Shown here: piece after piece, positions 1-8,611 of the stretch | Layout of the letters: each line of letters opens with the position of its first letter | Position numbering within the stretch: the first letter of the stretch is position 1 | Assembly (NCBI GenBank): GCA_019058315.1 | Contig: JAHPZH010000002.1 | Location: 128,001 to 192,000, forward strand | Direction: 5' to 3' | Length of the DNA stretch: 64,000 bases | Source: Candidatus Helarchaeota archaeon | GTDB taxonomy: Archaea > Asgardarchaeota > Lokiarchaeia > Helarchaeales > RDOG01 | The notes under the pieces: model-generated | Databases searched by the model: none | The model's input: only the letters and a program-made list of their open reading frames with translations | Told to the model about the DNA's origin: nothing | Made by a program: the position numbers and the translations under genes

Positions 1-1
1 C

Positions 2-244
2 ATTCCAACACCAAACAATATAGATTTTGAAACATGGTTAAAAGCATATCCTGGATATGGGGTAATATTTACAGCCAAGAAGGAAAATGTAGAGAAAATT
101 AAAAAATTATATTCTGATACTTCAATAATAACAAAGGAAATTGGCATAGTAGATAATTCAAAAAAGTTAATTGTTGAAGATGATAATACCAGTAGTGAAC
201 TTTTTGACTTTAGAAAAATTAATTTATCGGGTAAAAGTCGTTAA
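2..244 (+). CDS. Partial (C-terminus only) AIR-synthase/PurM-like protein, methanogenesis marker 2 / sll0787 family
   Basis: Frame 2 is open from the window edge to TAA 242-244: IPTPNNIDFETWLKAYPGYGVIFTA...KEIGIVDNSKKL...LFDF, which resembles the family's IPxPxxxDxxxWLxxYPgxG motif. Not in the ORF track. Confidence 0.65.
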   Translation: MPTPNNIDFETWLKAYPGYGVIFTAKKENVEKIKKLYSDTSIITKEIGIVDNSKKLIVEDDNTSSELFDFRKINLSGKSR

Positions 245-1176
245 ATAATAGAAAGTCTCAAAGCATTCTCAGGACATCTCTCGACACATTTCAGACAATA
301 AGTACATTTTCTATGTTGAATTTTATCGTAGGGTAATTTTAAAATAGGAATATTCATAGGACAAACTTCTACACAGATTTTACAATCTTCTTTTAAACAT
401 CTAATCGGGTCTCTTCTCAAACCAAACCAAGAATATTCATTAAAATGTCCTAAAATAATACCCGTAGGACATATATATCGGCAAAAAACTAGAGGAATCC
501 ATATATTCATCATTAAAATTATTAATAGAAAAAAGATTTGTATCCATAAGAAAGCATCATTTGCGAAATATGCCACTATATCTCCTTCATAAACAGGAAA
601 GGATCCATTTATAATTCTCCATGGAATAACCGAGATTAAGGTGACATAAGGATCCAGTTGAGTATAAGTACCTTCACTAAATGGTCCAAGTGGTGAAGCT
701 TGAGGAGATGATAATCGATTGAATCCAACTAATACACAGAGACCCAAAGAGATTAGAATTATTACGTATGGAATGTTAGATAATAAATCCTCAGTATCTT
801 GTACTGGTTTTATTTTATTTTGAGGAAAATAACCTATCATTTCTTGAATAAATCCAAAAGGACAAACCCATGAACAAGTAGATCTTCCAAAGATGAAGCC
901 AATTAAAATAAGTAATCCTAAAATAAGATATGGAATAATTGCATTAGCAATATAATATTCTAGCATATTATAAGAAGCTGAAATGTTTGAGAAAGGTCCA
1001 GAAAAACTTTGTTCGATAGGAAGCACGATACCACTAACGGAAGAAAACAGAAATATCCCATATGTGCCAGTAAATAATCCAATATTTAATAAAATAAAGA
1101 AAAAGATTTGAGAGGCAAGCCTAATAAATCTAAATTTATTTTTTCTCCAAAATGATCCAATTTCTTTTTTTACCAC
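241..1176 (-). CDS. Membrane 4Fe-4S binding protein (NapH/MauN/YccM-like polyferredoxin)
   Basis: Several TM segments, two CxxxCP motifs (CSWVCPFG, CRYICPTG) and C-terminal ferredoxin motifs (CKICVEVCP, CTYCLKCVERCP). Confidence 0.85.
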   Translation of the reverse strand: MVKKEIGSFWRKNKFRFIRLASQIFFFILLNIGLFTGTYGIFLFSSVSGIVLPIEQSFSGPFSNISASYNMLEYYIANAIIPYLILGLLILIGFIFGRSTCSWVCPFGFIQEMIGYFPQNKIKPVQDTEDLLSNIPYVIILISLGLCVLVGFNRLSSPQASPLGPFSEGTYTQLDPYVTLISVIPWRIINGSFPVYEGDIVAYFANDAFLWIQIFFLLIILMMNIWIPLVFCRYICPTGIILGHFNEYSWFGLRRDPIRCLKEDCKICVEVCPMNIPILKLPYDKIQHRKCTYCLKCVERCPENALRLSII

Positions 1177-1213
1177 TTATATTCCTTCCAATATAAAAAA
1201 TAAAAACAAAAAA

Positions 1214-1354
1214 TTAACGAAAAGTAATAGATCTCGGCCATTTTAAAAAGAATACTAATACTTCGTATTCCAAATCTTGGTCTAGAGTATATCCGAATGC
1301 TATTAAGCAGAGAGCTATAAGTAGAAGACTCAGCGAAATAATAATTTTTCTCAA
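1214..1354 (-). CDS. Small single-TM protein (46 aa), unannotated
   Basis: TTG start at 1354 preceded by AGGCG (similar SD-like motif before the 4553 gene). Translation MRKIIISLSLLLIALCLIAFGYTLDQDLEYEVLVFFLKWPRSITFR*. Co-oriented just upstream of the polyferredoxin. Confidence 0.55.
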   Translation of the reverse strand: MRKIIISLSLLLIALCLIAFGYTLDQDLEYEVLVFFLKWPRSITFR

Positions 1355-1438
1355 GTCATTACGCCTAATTTTTTATTTTTTAAAAGAATCATTATGATAA
1401 TTTTTTATATTTTGCATTTTAATATTTTTATTATAGTA

Positions 1439-1510
1439 TAAAACCCAATGATGAGACTTGGACACCTGAAGATTAAAGATGATGACCCCATGCAGGTCTG
1501 GAGGGTTTTA
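1439..1510 (+). ncRNA. Archaeal C/D-box 2'-O-methylation guide sRNA
   Basis: C box ATGATGA 1448-1454, 11-nt guide, D' CTGA 1466-1469, C' ATGATGA 1479-1485, 12-nt guide, variant D box CTGGA 1498-1502, 8-bp terminal stem TAAAACCC/GGGTTTTA. A GC-richer island in an AT-rich spacer. Confidence 0.8.
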
Positions 1511-1513
1511 AAC

Positions 1514-1879
1514 TTAAAAATCATCGTAGTCCTGCATTTTTTTCAAAATCTTATTCTTAAATTTTAATGATTTTATGGGTTTTACTTTTAAATCTTTATC
1601 AAGTTCTTCTTCTTCTTCTTTAATCTTTTTCTGCTGAAAAGAACTAAGCATACATCTTCCATTTGTAGCCATTTTATATTTTACACAAAAAGAGTATTTA
1701 CACTTATAACCTTCACAAATTTCTCCAGGGGCAAAGTTACAAGCTACAACTAAATCAGACCCTTTTCTGAATCTGCGCCCTAAAGCTTTTTGTTGACATC
1801 TTAAGAATTTACAACTAGGAGTACAGTATTTTATATCTTGGCCTTTACTGTTAGGCACCATTATTTTGCTCCTTTTCAT
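1514..1879 (-). CDS. Cys-rich hypothetical protein (probable metal binding)
   Basis: CTPSCKFLRC...C...CEGYKCKYSFC...C pattern followed by a charged tail. Confidence 0.6.
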   Translation of the reverse strand: MKRSKIMVPNSKGQDIKYCTPSCKFLRCQQKALGRRFRKGSDLVVACNFAPGEICEGYKCKYSFCVKYKMATNGRCMLSSFQQKKIKEEEEELDKDLKVKPIKSLKFKNKILKKMQDYDDF

Positions 1880-2025
1880 TGCCTATATTTTTTTCAATCA
1901 CTTCAATTATATAAAAACTTTTTTAGATTAAAATCTTTGTTCAAAATTGATTTATTAAAAATTTTATTTTGTTAAAATTATTGAGTATATGAAATAAGTT
2001 TCTAAAATCCATTTATTATATTTAT

Positions 2026-2832
2026 TTATAACTTTAATTCTTCTAAAAGTAAGGATAATTTTTCGATTTTTTTATTAATCTCATTTTTTTTATTCTCATA
2101 ACTCTTCTTTGTTAATTCACCTACTTTCAATCTCCCTTCTAAAATCCTTAGTTGCTCTTCTTGTTTCTCAATATCTCTCGTTAATAATTTTTGCCAATTT
2201 TCTTCAAAATAATATTTATCTTGAAGTTTGTCATTGAGTTTTTTTAATTTATCATCATATTCCTTTTTTAATTTCTCATATACATGGGGCTCAATTTCCT
2301 TTAAATGAAATTGGTTCTTTAAATTAGAGATCTGCTTTCTTAGTCTTTTCCTCTTTTCTAACAAGTCTTCTTGTGGTAATGGTTTTTTATCAGCCAATAA
2401 TTCCTTACGTTTTTGTTTTAATTTATCAATAGCTTCTTTCAATTTGGGGATTTCATCTTTGATTTCCTCTAATTCTTGTTCATTTAATTCTGAAAGAAAC
2501 GAATCAATTTTTTCTTTATGTTCTTTTAACTTCTTATCATATTGTTTAATTTTGACACGGATATAATATTGTTCAATTATTTCCTCGGGGATTTTTTCTG
2601 GTTTTTTTTCTTCTTTGGGGGCTACTTCGGGTTTTATTTCTTTTGGTTTTTTTTCTTGTTCAGGTTTTAAAGGAACAGGGGCTTGTTTAGTTTCTGGTTG
2701 GGGTTGGGTAACTTTCTCCTCTGATATCTTAATGGGCTTCTCTTCTTCCTCCTTTATTTTAAATCCACAATAAGGACAATAGTTATCTTCAATACTGATA
2801 GTTTTCTTACAAAATGAACATTTTATTTCCAA
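2026..2832 (-). CDS. Zinc-ribbon + CdvA-like coiled-coil protein
   Basis: N-terminal CSFC/CPYC ribbon, Pro/Glu/Lys linker, and a coiled coil with two (G/K)E(I/L)xxxxYExxKxE helical-hairpin motifs like those of CdvA/SHOCT. Confidence 0.6.
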   Translation of the reverse strand: MEIKCSFCKKTISIEDNYCPYCGFKIKEEEEKPIKISEEKVTQPQPETKQAPVPLKPEQEKKPKEIKPEVAPKEEKKPEKIPEEIIEQYYIRVKIKQYDKKLKEHKEKIDSFLSELNEQELEEIKDEIPKLKEAIDKLKQKRKELLADKKPLPQEDLLEKRKRLRKQISNLKNQFHLKEIEPHVYEKLKKEYDDKLKKLNDKLQDKYYFEENWQKLLTRDIEKQEEQLRILEGRLKVGELTKKSYENKKNEINKKIEKLSLLLEELKL

Positions 2833-3020
2833 ATTATCAGAACCTTCAGAATTTTAGTAGCTAGTCGAAATATTATTCTATAAAAAGTTAAGTAACTAAT
2901 TTTATTTAAATTTATATTTTAAGACATAGCAAATATTTTATCTTAAGATTTACAACATTTTAATTAATAATTGGTAATAATTCTAATTAATTTTCATAAA
3001 TTATAAAATAGGTTGAAAGA

Positions 3021-3419
3021 ATGGCACAATTGACAAAGGAATTAGTTGATCGTTTAAACGAAATATCTCAGAAATTAGATAGTTTTACTAAAGGTTTAGG
3101 AGGCTTAGTGGAAGCCATTAATAAACTTGGAGAAAATACAAATTCAATATTAAGTGAATTGAGTAATAAAATTGGAAGTTATGCAGATATTGTATCTACA
3201 AAGAGTCAAGAAGATTTTGAGGTATCAAAAAGTCAATTAATTTCAATAAATACACAAATTGACAAAATTAGAAAAGGCGTAGGAATGGAGCAGATGTTAA
3301 AGATAAGTGATTCGTTAAGTGGACTTCTAGATACATTAGGGGGAGCAGATTTCGATCCAATGGATTTAAAAAATAAATTATCAGAAATTAAAAATTATAT
3401 AGAATCCAAAAAAGAATAA
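3021..3419 (+). CDS. Short coiled-coil protein, type A1 (paralog of 6485..6841)
   Basis: All-helical heptads; EISQKL matches EISTKL of the 6485 gene. Confidence 0.7.
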   Translation: MAQLTKELVDRLNEISQKLDSFTKGLGGLVEAINKLGENTNSILSELSNKIGSYADIVSTKSQEDFEVSKSQLISINTQIDKIRKGVGMEQMLKISDSLSGLLDTLGGADFDPMDLKNKLSEIKNYIESKKE

Positions 3420-3436
3420 AATATGAGGCAAATTTA

Positions 3437-4111
3437 ATGAGCAATAGTGCGGATAAAGTTTTACCATTTATAACAACTGTTGTAAATGACATTTATGAAA
3501 AAGTGGGAAATCTTTCTGATTCTTTTAATAAACTTAATGAAATAATTGGTAATATAACTAAGAATTTTGAAGATAGTATAAATAAGCTTTCAAAAGATGT
3601 TGATGAAATTCTTGAAGAGACTCGAATGAATCGAGATCTAACATTAGAAGCATTTTCAGATTCAATGAATGCCTTTCTTGCAAAAATAAAAGAAATTCAA
3701 GATGAAAGTAACAAAACTTATGAAGGAAGTGAAATGGGGACAATATTATCCAGACTTGACAGAATTTCAAATAAAATTTTCGATAAATACTGGGATATTC
3801 AAATGTCTTGTACTGTATCAAATCTACACGTATTAGTTGATCTCTTAAAAGGAAACCCTAATATTATCAGAGTTCAAGTTCCAGTTGTTCAACAAGTTCA
3901 ACCAATTACTCCAAGAGTGCAAGCTGCAGCGCCTCTGTCAGCACCAGTACCATCAATAGCACCGCCTCCGACTAAACCAGAGGCCCAACCTGAGGGAAAA
4001 GTTGATGTGTTTGCAAAAAGTCCAAAATTTAAAGGCGGAAGAAAATTAAAAACCCATGAAGATCGCATGGAAGAAATGAAGAAAAAGAAGAAACTGTTTG
4101 GCCGTTATTGA
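3437..4111 (+). CDS. Coiled-coil protein with Pro-rich tail, type B1 (paralog of 6150..6476)
   Basis: DKVLPFITTVVNDIYEKV matches RSLLPFVASSLNDVYSKL; conserved Trp; Pro-rich linker ending KKKKKLFGRY. Confidence 0.75.
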   Translation: MSNSADKVLPFITTVVNDIYEKVGNLSDSFNKLNEIIGNITKNFEDSINKLSKDVDEILEETRMNRDLTLEAFSDSMNAFLAKIKEIQDESNKTYEGSEMGTILSRLDRISNKIFDKYWDIQMSCTVSNLHVLVDLLKGNPNIIRVQVPVVQQVQPITPRVQAAAPLSAPVPSIAPPPTKPEAQPEGKVDVFAKSPKFKGGRKLKTHEDRMEEMKKKKKLFGRY

Positions 4112-4115
4112 ATTT

Positions 4116-4553
4116 TTATCCGAAAAGGTCTGAGGGTTTTAAAAGACTATCATCTTCATCTTTACCAGATGATGGTGCAGGTTCAGTGGGAGTTCCAACT
4201 TGAGGAGGGGGTGGCAATGAGCTTGATTTACTAGGTTGAGCAGATTGTGTTTGGCTTTTTGGAGCTGATTTTACTGTGCTTGTAGATACCATACCCATCA
4301 TTTGTCTAACATCTTGAAGTACGCGATGTAATTCTAAAATTTGTACTCCCTTCTGCAGACTTTCTACCGAATCTTTTATTGTTTCAGTAACATTACCTAA
4401 ATTTCCAGAACCAGCTTTCTCTATGGCTTGATGAATTAAATTCTGATTTTGTATTAACAAATCATTATTTTGTTTAACCATTTGAGATAAATCGTTTACG
4501 CTGCTAACTAATGCTTTTAAAAGCCTTATTATTTCTACACCTAATTGATCCAT
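4116..4553 (-). CDS. Coiled-coil protein with Pro-rich tail, type C1 (paralog of 6865..7431)
   Basis: LQKGVQILEL matches LQKSIQLLSI; acidic patch followed by terminal LLKPSDLFG. Confidence 0.75.
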   Translation of the reverse strand: MDQLGVEIIRLLKALVSSVNDLSQMVKQNNDLLIQNQNLIHQAIEKAGSGNLGNVTETIKDSVESLQKGVQILELHRVLQDVRQMMGMVSTSTVKSAPKSQTQSAQPSKSSSLPPPPQVGTPTEPAPSSGKDEDDSLLKPSDLFG

Positions 4554-4644
4554 TGTATCGCCTCTTAATTATAGACCATTTATTATATTTTTTATAATAA
4601 TACCTTTTATAATCTTGTTTTTTTTCTAATATATTAATAATTTT

Positions 4645-6128
4645 TTAAGGATTAATGTCTTTCCACATTTTTTTAATGAATAATAATCTTTTCATTCTAT
4701 CTTTGTGAGAAACTCCATCAAAAGTTTCATATGTCCAAGCATTTAATTCGGGTGGGCCTAAAGCTATAGGTTTAATTAAATTAAAGTTAAAAATTGGTGA
4801 TGATTTCATTAAACTAAATACACTAACTATTATATTTTCGATATATTCCACATTTTCTTTTAAAAAATTAATTGTTTTTTCAAAATCATCTTCATTTTCG
4901 TTTGGGAAACCTGTCATTATATATAAATAGGTCCTAACGTTTGCATTTGATAATATTTTTAGCAATTTGGAAAAATTATTAATATTTATTTTTTTACCAA
5001 TAATATCCAGAATTTTGGGGCTAGCTGATTCTAATCCAAAAAAACAATGACTCAAACCCCTTTTAATATAATTTAAGATTTGTTTTTCATTAATATTTGA
5101 TATTTCACAATTGCCCCCCCATTTAATTTCTATATTTGAATTATATAACAAATCGAGAGCTTTTCTAAAACCATTAGATAAGTTAAATGCATTATCAACA
5201 ATTTCAAAATTATGAATACCATAATTACTTGTATAATATTTTATCTCTTCAAATATAATTTGAGGGTTTTTTCTTCTGAAATCACCCCAAATTGAATTTT
5301 CATTACAAAAAACACACTTATTTGGACAACCTTTTGCTGTAAGAATATCTAAAGTTTTAAAATTTTCAAGTTTTAGATCTTCTAAAAAATCATATCTAGG
5401 AATAGGTAAATCATTTAAATTCAGTTTATTAGGTGGTTTAGTAAAATGTATTTTATTATTTTTTTTAAATCCGATACCTGGGGAGTTATAAATACTAATT
5501 TTATCTTTAATTTTAGATAATATTTTTAATAATGGAATTTCACCCTCTGGATGATATACTACTAAGTCTATAAATGGTAATTGTAAATAAAGGTTCGCTC
5601 TATAATTTAAAAAAGCCTCAGGTCCACCAAATATAATTAATGAGTCTGGTTTTTCCTCTTTTATTCTCTGAGCAGCATAAATTGAACTGATTGCATTTCC
5701 AGTAGTTACTGAAAATCCATAAATTCTTGATTCAGATTTAATTAATTTCTTAATATACGTCTCTAAAATCTTTTCTGTAACTTTTTTATGTTTTAAAAAT
5801 TGATAAAAGAAAGGTTTGTATAATTTAGAACATACAGAACATAAAGACTGGATTAGATTTTCTCCAATTTTTTCATAGTTAAAAAAAATATGACCCCATA
5901 TTAACCAATTTGCAGCCCCCCAAATTGCAAATTCGGGGATTTTAAAATCATAATAGTTTTTGATATGAAAATCCTGAGAAATTTTTTTTTATAGAAATCT
6001 AGACTAAAATCAAAGCCTGAAACATTAAATCCTTTATTTTTTAAAAAAGTTATAAGACTTACTATTCCAAGAGATGGAATTTGGGTTGTATATGCCGGTA
6101 AAGAGGTTAAAATACAGTCAAACTGCAT
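4645..6128 (-). pseudogene. B12-binding radical SAM enzyme, split by a single-base frameshift (about 494 aa if restored)
   Basis: The 4645..5151 frame stays open upstream to about 5990 and encodes IIFGGPE, EGE and GCPNKCVFC (CxxxCxxC). The N-terminus (PSLGIVSL, ORF 5901..6128) joins it at an A9 run (T9 at 5982-5990 on +) that is one A short. Confidence 0.85.
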
Positions 6129-6149
6129 TTATTCACCAAAAAAATAGTA

Positions 6150-6476
6150 TCAAGACTCAAATTGTTGCACAACATTCAAGATCCGTTTTAAAGCTAGTAA
6201 AAAGTCAACATACCATATTCCTTCATTGATCTGGTCCAAAGTTTGATTGAATAATTTTGTGGTTGATTTGAATTCGTTTGAAATTTGAACTTTTTCCAGA
6301 GTATTGTGCATAACCCGAATTTTACCAATCGCTTCACTAATTTGTTGATTTAATTCTCCTAAAAACTTAGTGAATTCATTTCCAAACAGTTTTAATTGGT
6401 TTGAAAGTTCATCAAGTTTGCTATAAACATCATTTAAAGATGAAGCTACGAATGGTAAAAGGCTTCTATCAGACAA
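6150..6476 (-). CDS. Short coiled-coil protein, type B2
   Basis: Paralog of the N-terminal helical part of 3437..4111 (LPF...ND(I/V)YxK, conserved W); lacks the tail. Confidence 0.7.
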   Translation of the reverse strand: MSDRSLLPFVASSLNDVYSKLDELSNQLKLFGNEFTKFLGELNQQISEAIGKIRVMHNTLEKVQISNEFKSTTKLFNQTLDQINEGIWYVDFLLALKRILNVVQQFES

Positions 6477-6484
6477 ATTTATCT

Positions 6485-6841
6485 TTACTCCATAGAGGTT
6501 TGTTTAGAAACTTTTAATAAAGCTCTTATTAGTTCAGAAACCATATCCGAAACATTTTTTTTATCTAATTCTTGTTTTATAGTAGCAGTTAAAGTTAAAA
6601 GGTTTTGTTTAGCTTCCTCAATTTCAGATAATTTAAAAACTGTTTCAAAGGTTCTGGTTAATCGATCAACATTGACATTTAAACTAGCTATCGCTGATGC
6701 TATGCCATTTTTCACATTTACAAGAGTTTTGGAAAGGTTATTAATGTTATTATTTGTTTGAATTAATTTTGTAGAAATTTCTTCAAACATTTTTTTTATT
6801 TGAACTGCAGTATCTGAAACTTTACCTTCTGATGTAGCCAA
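6485..6841 (-). CDS. Short coiled-coil protein, type A2
   Basis: Helical heptads similar to 3021..3419; 8-bp gap to the next gene. Confidence 0.7.
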   Translation of the reverse strand: MATSEGKVSDTAVQIKKMFEEISTKLIQTNNNINNLSKTLVNVKNGIASAIASLNVNVDRLTRTFETVFKLSEIEEAKQNLLTLTATIKQELDKKNVSDMVSELIRALLKVSKQTSME

Positions 6842-6864
6842 ATATTATACACCTAAGTATCAAA

Positions 6865-7431
6865 TTAACTTCCAAAAAATGTAGATGGCTTAATTAATCC
6901 TTCCTCAGATTCTTCTTCTTTCTCTTTCTTTTCTTTTTTAGCTGTTTTTGTTGGAGGAGGTGAAAGTTGAGCTTCAACTTTTGCAGGAGGAGGTTTTATT
7001 CCAACAACAGGTTTTGCTTCTTTTGGTTCTTTCTTTTGAGACTCCTTCACTGTCATTGGAGTCGGTACGCTTCGCACATTAGTTAAATTCTCGATCCTAC
7101 TTACTAAATTTTGGATTGATAAAAGTTGTATACTTTTTTGAAGCTTCATAATTGTATGATCTAGAGTCTGATCTATTTGATCAAGACTCTGAATCCCTAA
7201 ATCGTCAATTTTTTGAGAAATATTCTTTTCTAAAGATGGGATTTCTTTTTGTGCAATAGTTGAAAGGCTAGTATTTACTATTGATTCAATTTTTCCTATT
7301 TTCTCTGTAAATTCATTAAATAACTTGCTTTGATCTCCTATCTTTTTCTCTATTCGCTGCAGTGCTCTTACAGCATCTTCTAGAATACCTGCCAATACTT
7401 TCATCAATGCACCTGAATCCGGTGTCGCCAT
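6865..7431 (-). CDS. Coiled-coil protein with Pro-rich tail, type C2
   Basis: Helical N-terminal region, PPP-containing linker, acidic patch and terminal LIKPSTFFGS. Confidence 0.75.
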   Translation of the reverse strand: MATPDSGALMKVLAGILEDAVRALQRIEKKIGDQSKLFNEFTEKIGKIESIVNTSLSTIAQKEIPSLEKNISQKIDDLGIQSLDQIDQTLDHTIMKLQKSIQLLSIQNLVSRIENLTNVRSVPTPMTVKESQKKEPKEAKPVVGIKPPPAKVEAQLSPPPTKTAKKEKKEKEEESEEGLIKPSTFFGS

Positions 7432-7590
7432 CTTGATTCACTAAATTTATTTTATACAAATTTTAATTAATTTATTAAATAGTCTTGGCAAAAAAATACA
7501 ATTTTAATTCAACAATTTATTAAATTTTTCATATTATTTATTATTTTGTTATTTTTTTTGGTGTTTTTTTAAATCAAGTATAAATATTAA

Positions 7591-8598
7591 TTATAAGGGT
7601 TTCCCAGAAATCCAAGCTTCACTTAACAGAGTTGAGAAAAATTCAATATGTTTTGGATTGTTTGACATCATACCCATAGGTCCTGGTGTTTTATCAGAAT
7701 GAGCAGCCAAGATAATTTCTTCTCTATCATGTTCTAGCCCCCATCTATCTTGTTTATCAAAATTTCGAAAAGTTATATTTGGAAATCCAGAAAATGTATC
7801 CATAATCTCTTTATGGTTTTCAATATTAAGATCTATAAATGTAGCAATCCGAATATTGATTTTTTTATTAAGATTTTGTAGTTCAATTTGTTCAATATCT
7901 TCAATTGTAGGTGTACATATTAATAATCTAATTTTTACATTATCTAACATATTATTCATTATACTAATAATATTCTCTTTCCCTTGAATCAAGCCCGTTT
8001 TTTGTTCTTTAATATTTTGATACTCCACATTTAATTTTTCAAAATCATTCTCAAGATCAGATATCGTTTTCTTTAATTCATTTATTTTTTCTTGTTTCCC
8101 AGTAATTTCCTTTGTTTTTTCTTTAGTATCATTTTTTAAATCTTCAATCTTAGAAACTAGTTTCTCATCAGCTTGTAATGCTGTTTCTAATTTTTTTTCT
8201 TTATCTTCAATCTCTTTGTTTTGTTTTTCGATATTTTCTTTTAAATTTTTAATAACTTTAACTTGACGTGAATTTTGTTCTTCATAATTTTGGATTTTTT
8301 CCTGAACCCCGCCAAATTCACTCTTAAGTTCTTCAAATGTTTTCTGCATATCTTGCTCTTTTTCTAAATAATTTTTTTCTAATTGTTGTATCTTTAATTC
8401 ATGTTCCTTTTTTAAATCAGCAATTAATTTTTCTTGCATTTGTTGATTTTCGACTAATCTTTTTTCAAGATTTTCGCAAGTTTCTTCTTTTTCCTTAAGA
8501 TTTTCTAGTAGTTCTTTTTCCATAGTAAGTATTATTTGTTCTTGTTCTTCTATACTAACTTGAGCATCAATTTTTTTTTCTATAATTTCATCATTCAT
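7591..8598 (-). CDS. Long coiled coil + C-terminal TrmB/PLD-fold domain (no HKD)
   Basis: Likely start ATG 8598 after GGAGA (track start 8652 overlaps the upstream gene). About 200 aa coiled coil; C-terminal domain aligns by eye with that of 29313..32459 (xP..D...R...D.EE(I/V)(I/L)xA). Confidence 0.7.
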   Translation of the reverse strand: MNDEIIEKKIDAQVSIEEQEQIILTMEKELLENLKEKEETCENLEKRLVENQQMQEKLIADLKKEHELKIQQLEKNYLEKEQDMQKTFEELKSEFGGVQEKIQNYEEQNSRQVKVIKNLKENIEKQNKEIEDKEKKLETALQADEKLVSKIEDLKNDTKEKTKEITGKQEKINELKKTISDLENDFEKLNVEYQNIKEQKTGLIQGKENIISIMNNMLDNVKIRLLICTPTIEDIEQIELQNLNKKINIRIATFIDLNIENHKEIMDTFSGFPNITFRNFDKQDRWGLEHDREEIILAAHSDKTPGPMGMMSNNPKHIEFFSTLLSEAWISGKPL

Positions 8599-8611
8599 AT
8601 AAATCTCTCCC

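Noticed and set aside
3021-7431. Calling the small coiled-coil proteins SNAREs or ESCRT-III
   Set aside because: No C-terminal TM anchors, no identifiable zero layer, and no Snf7 basic-N/acidic-C pattern; heptads alone are not diagnostic.
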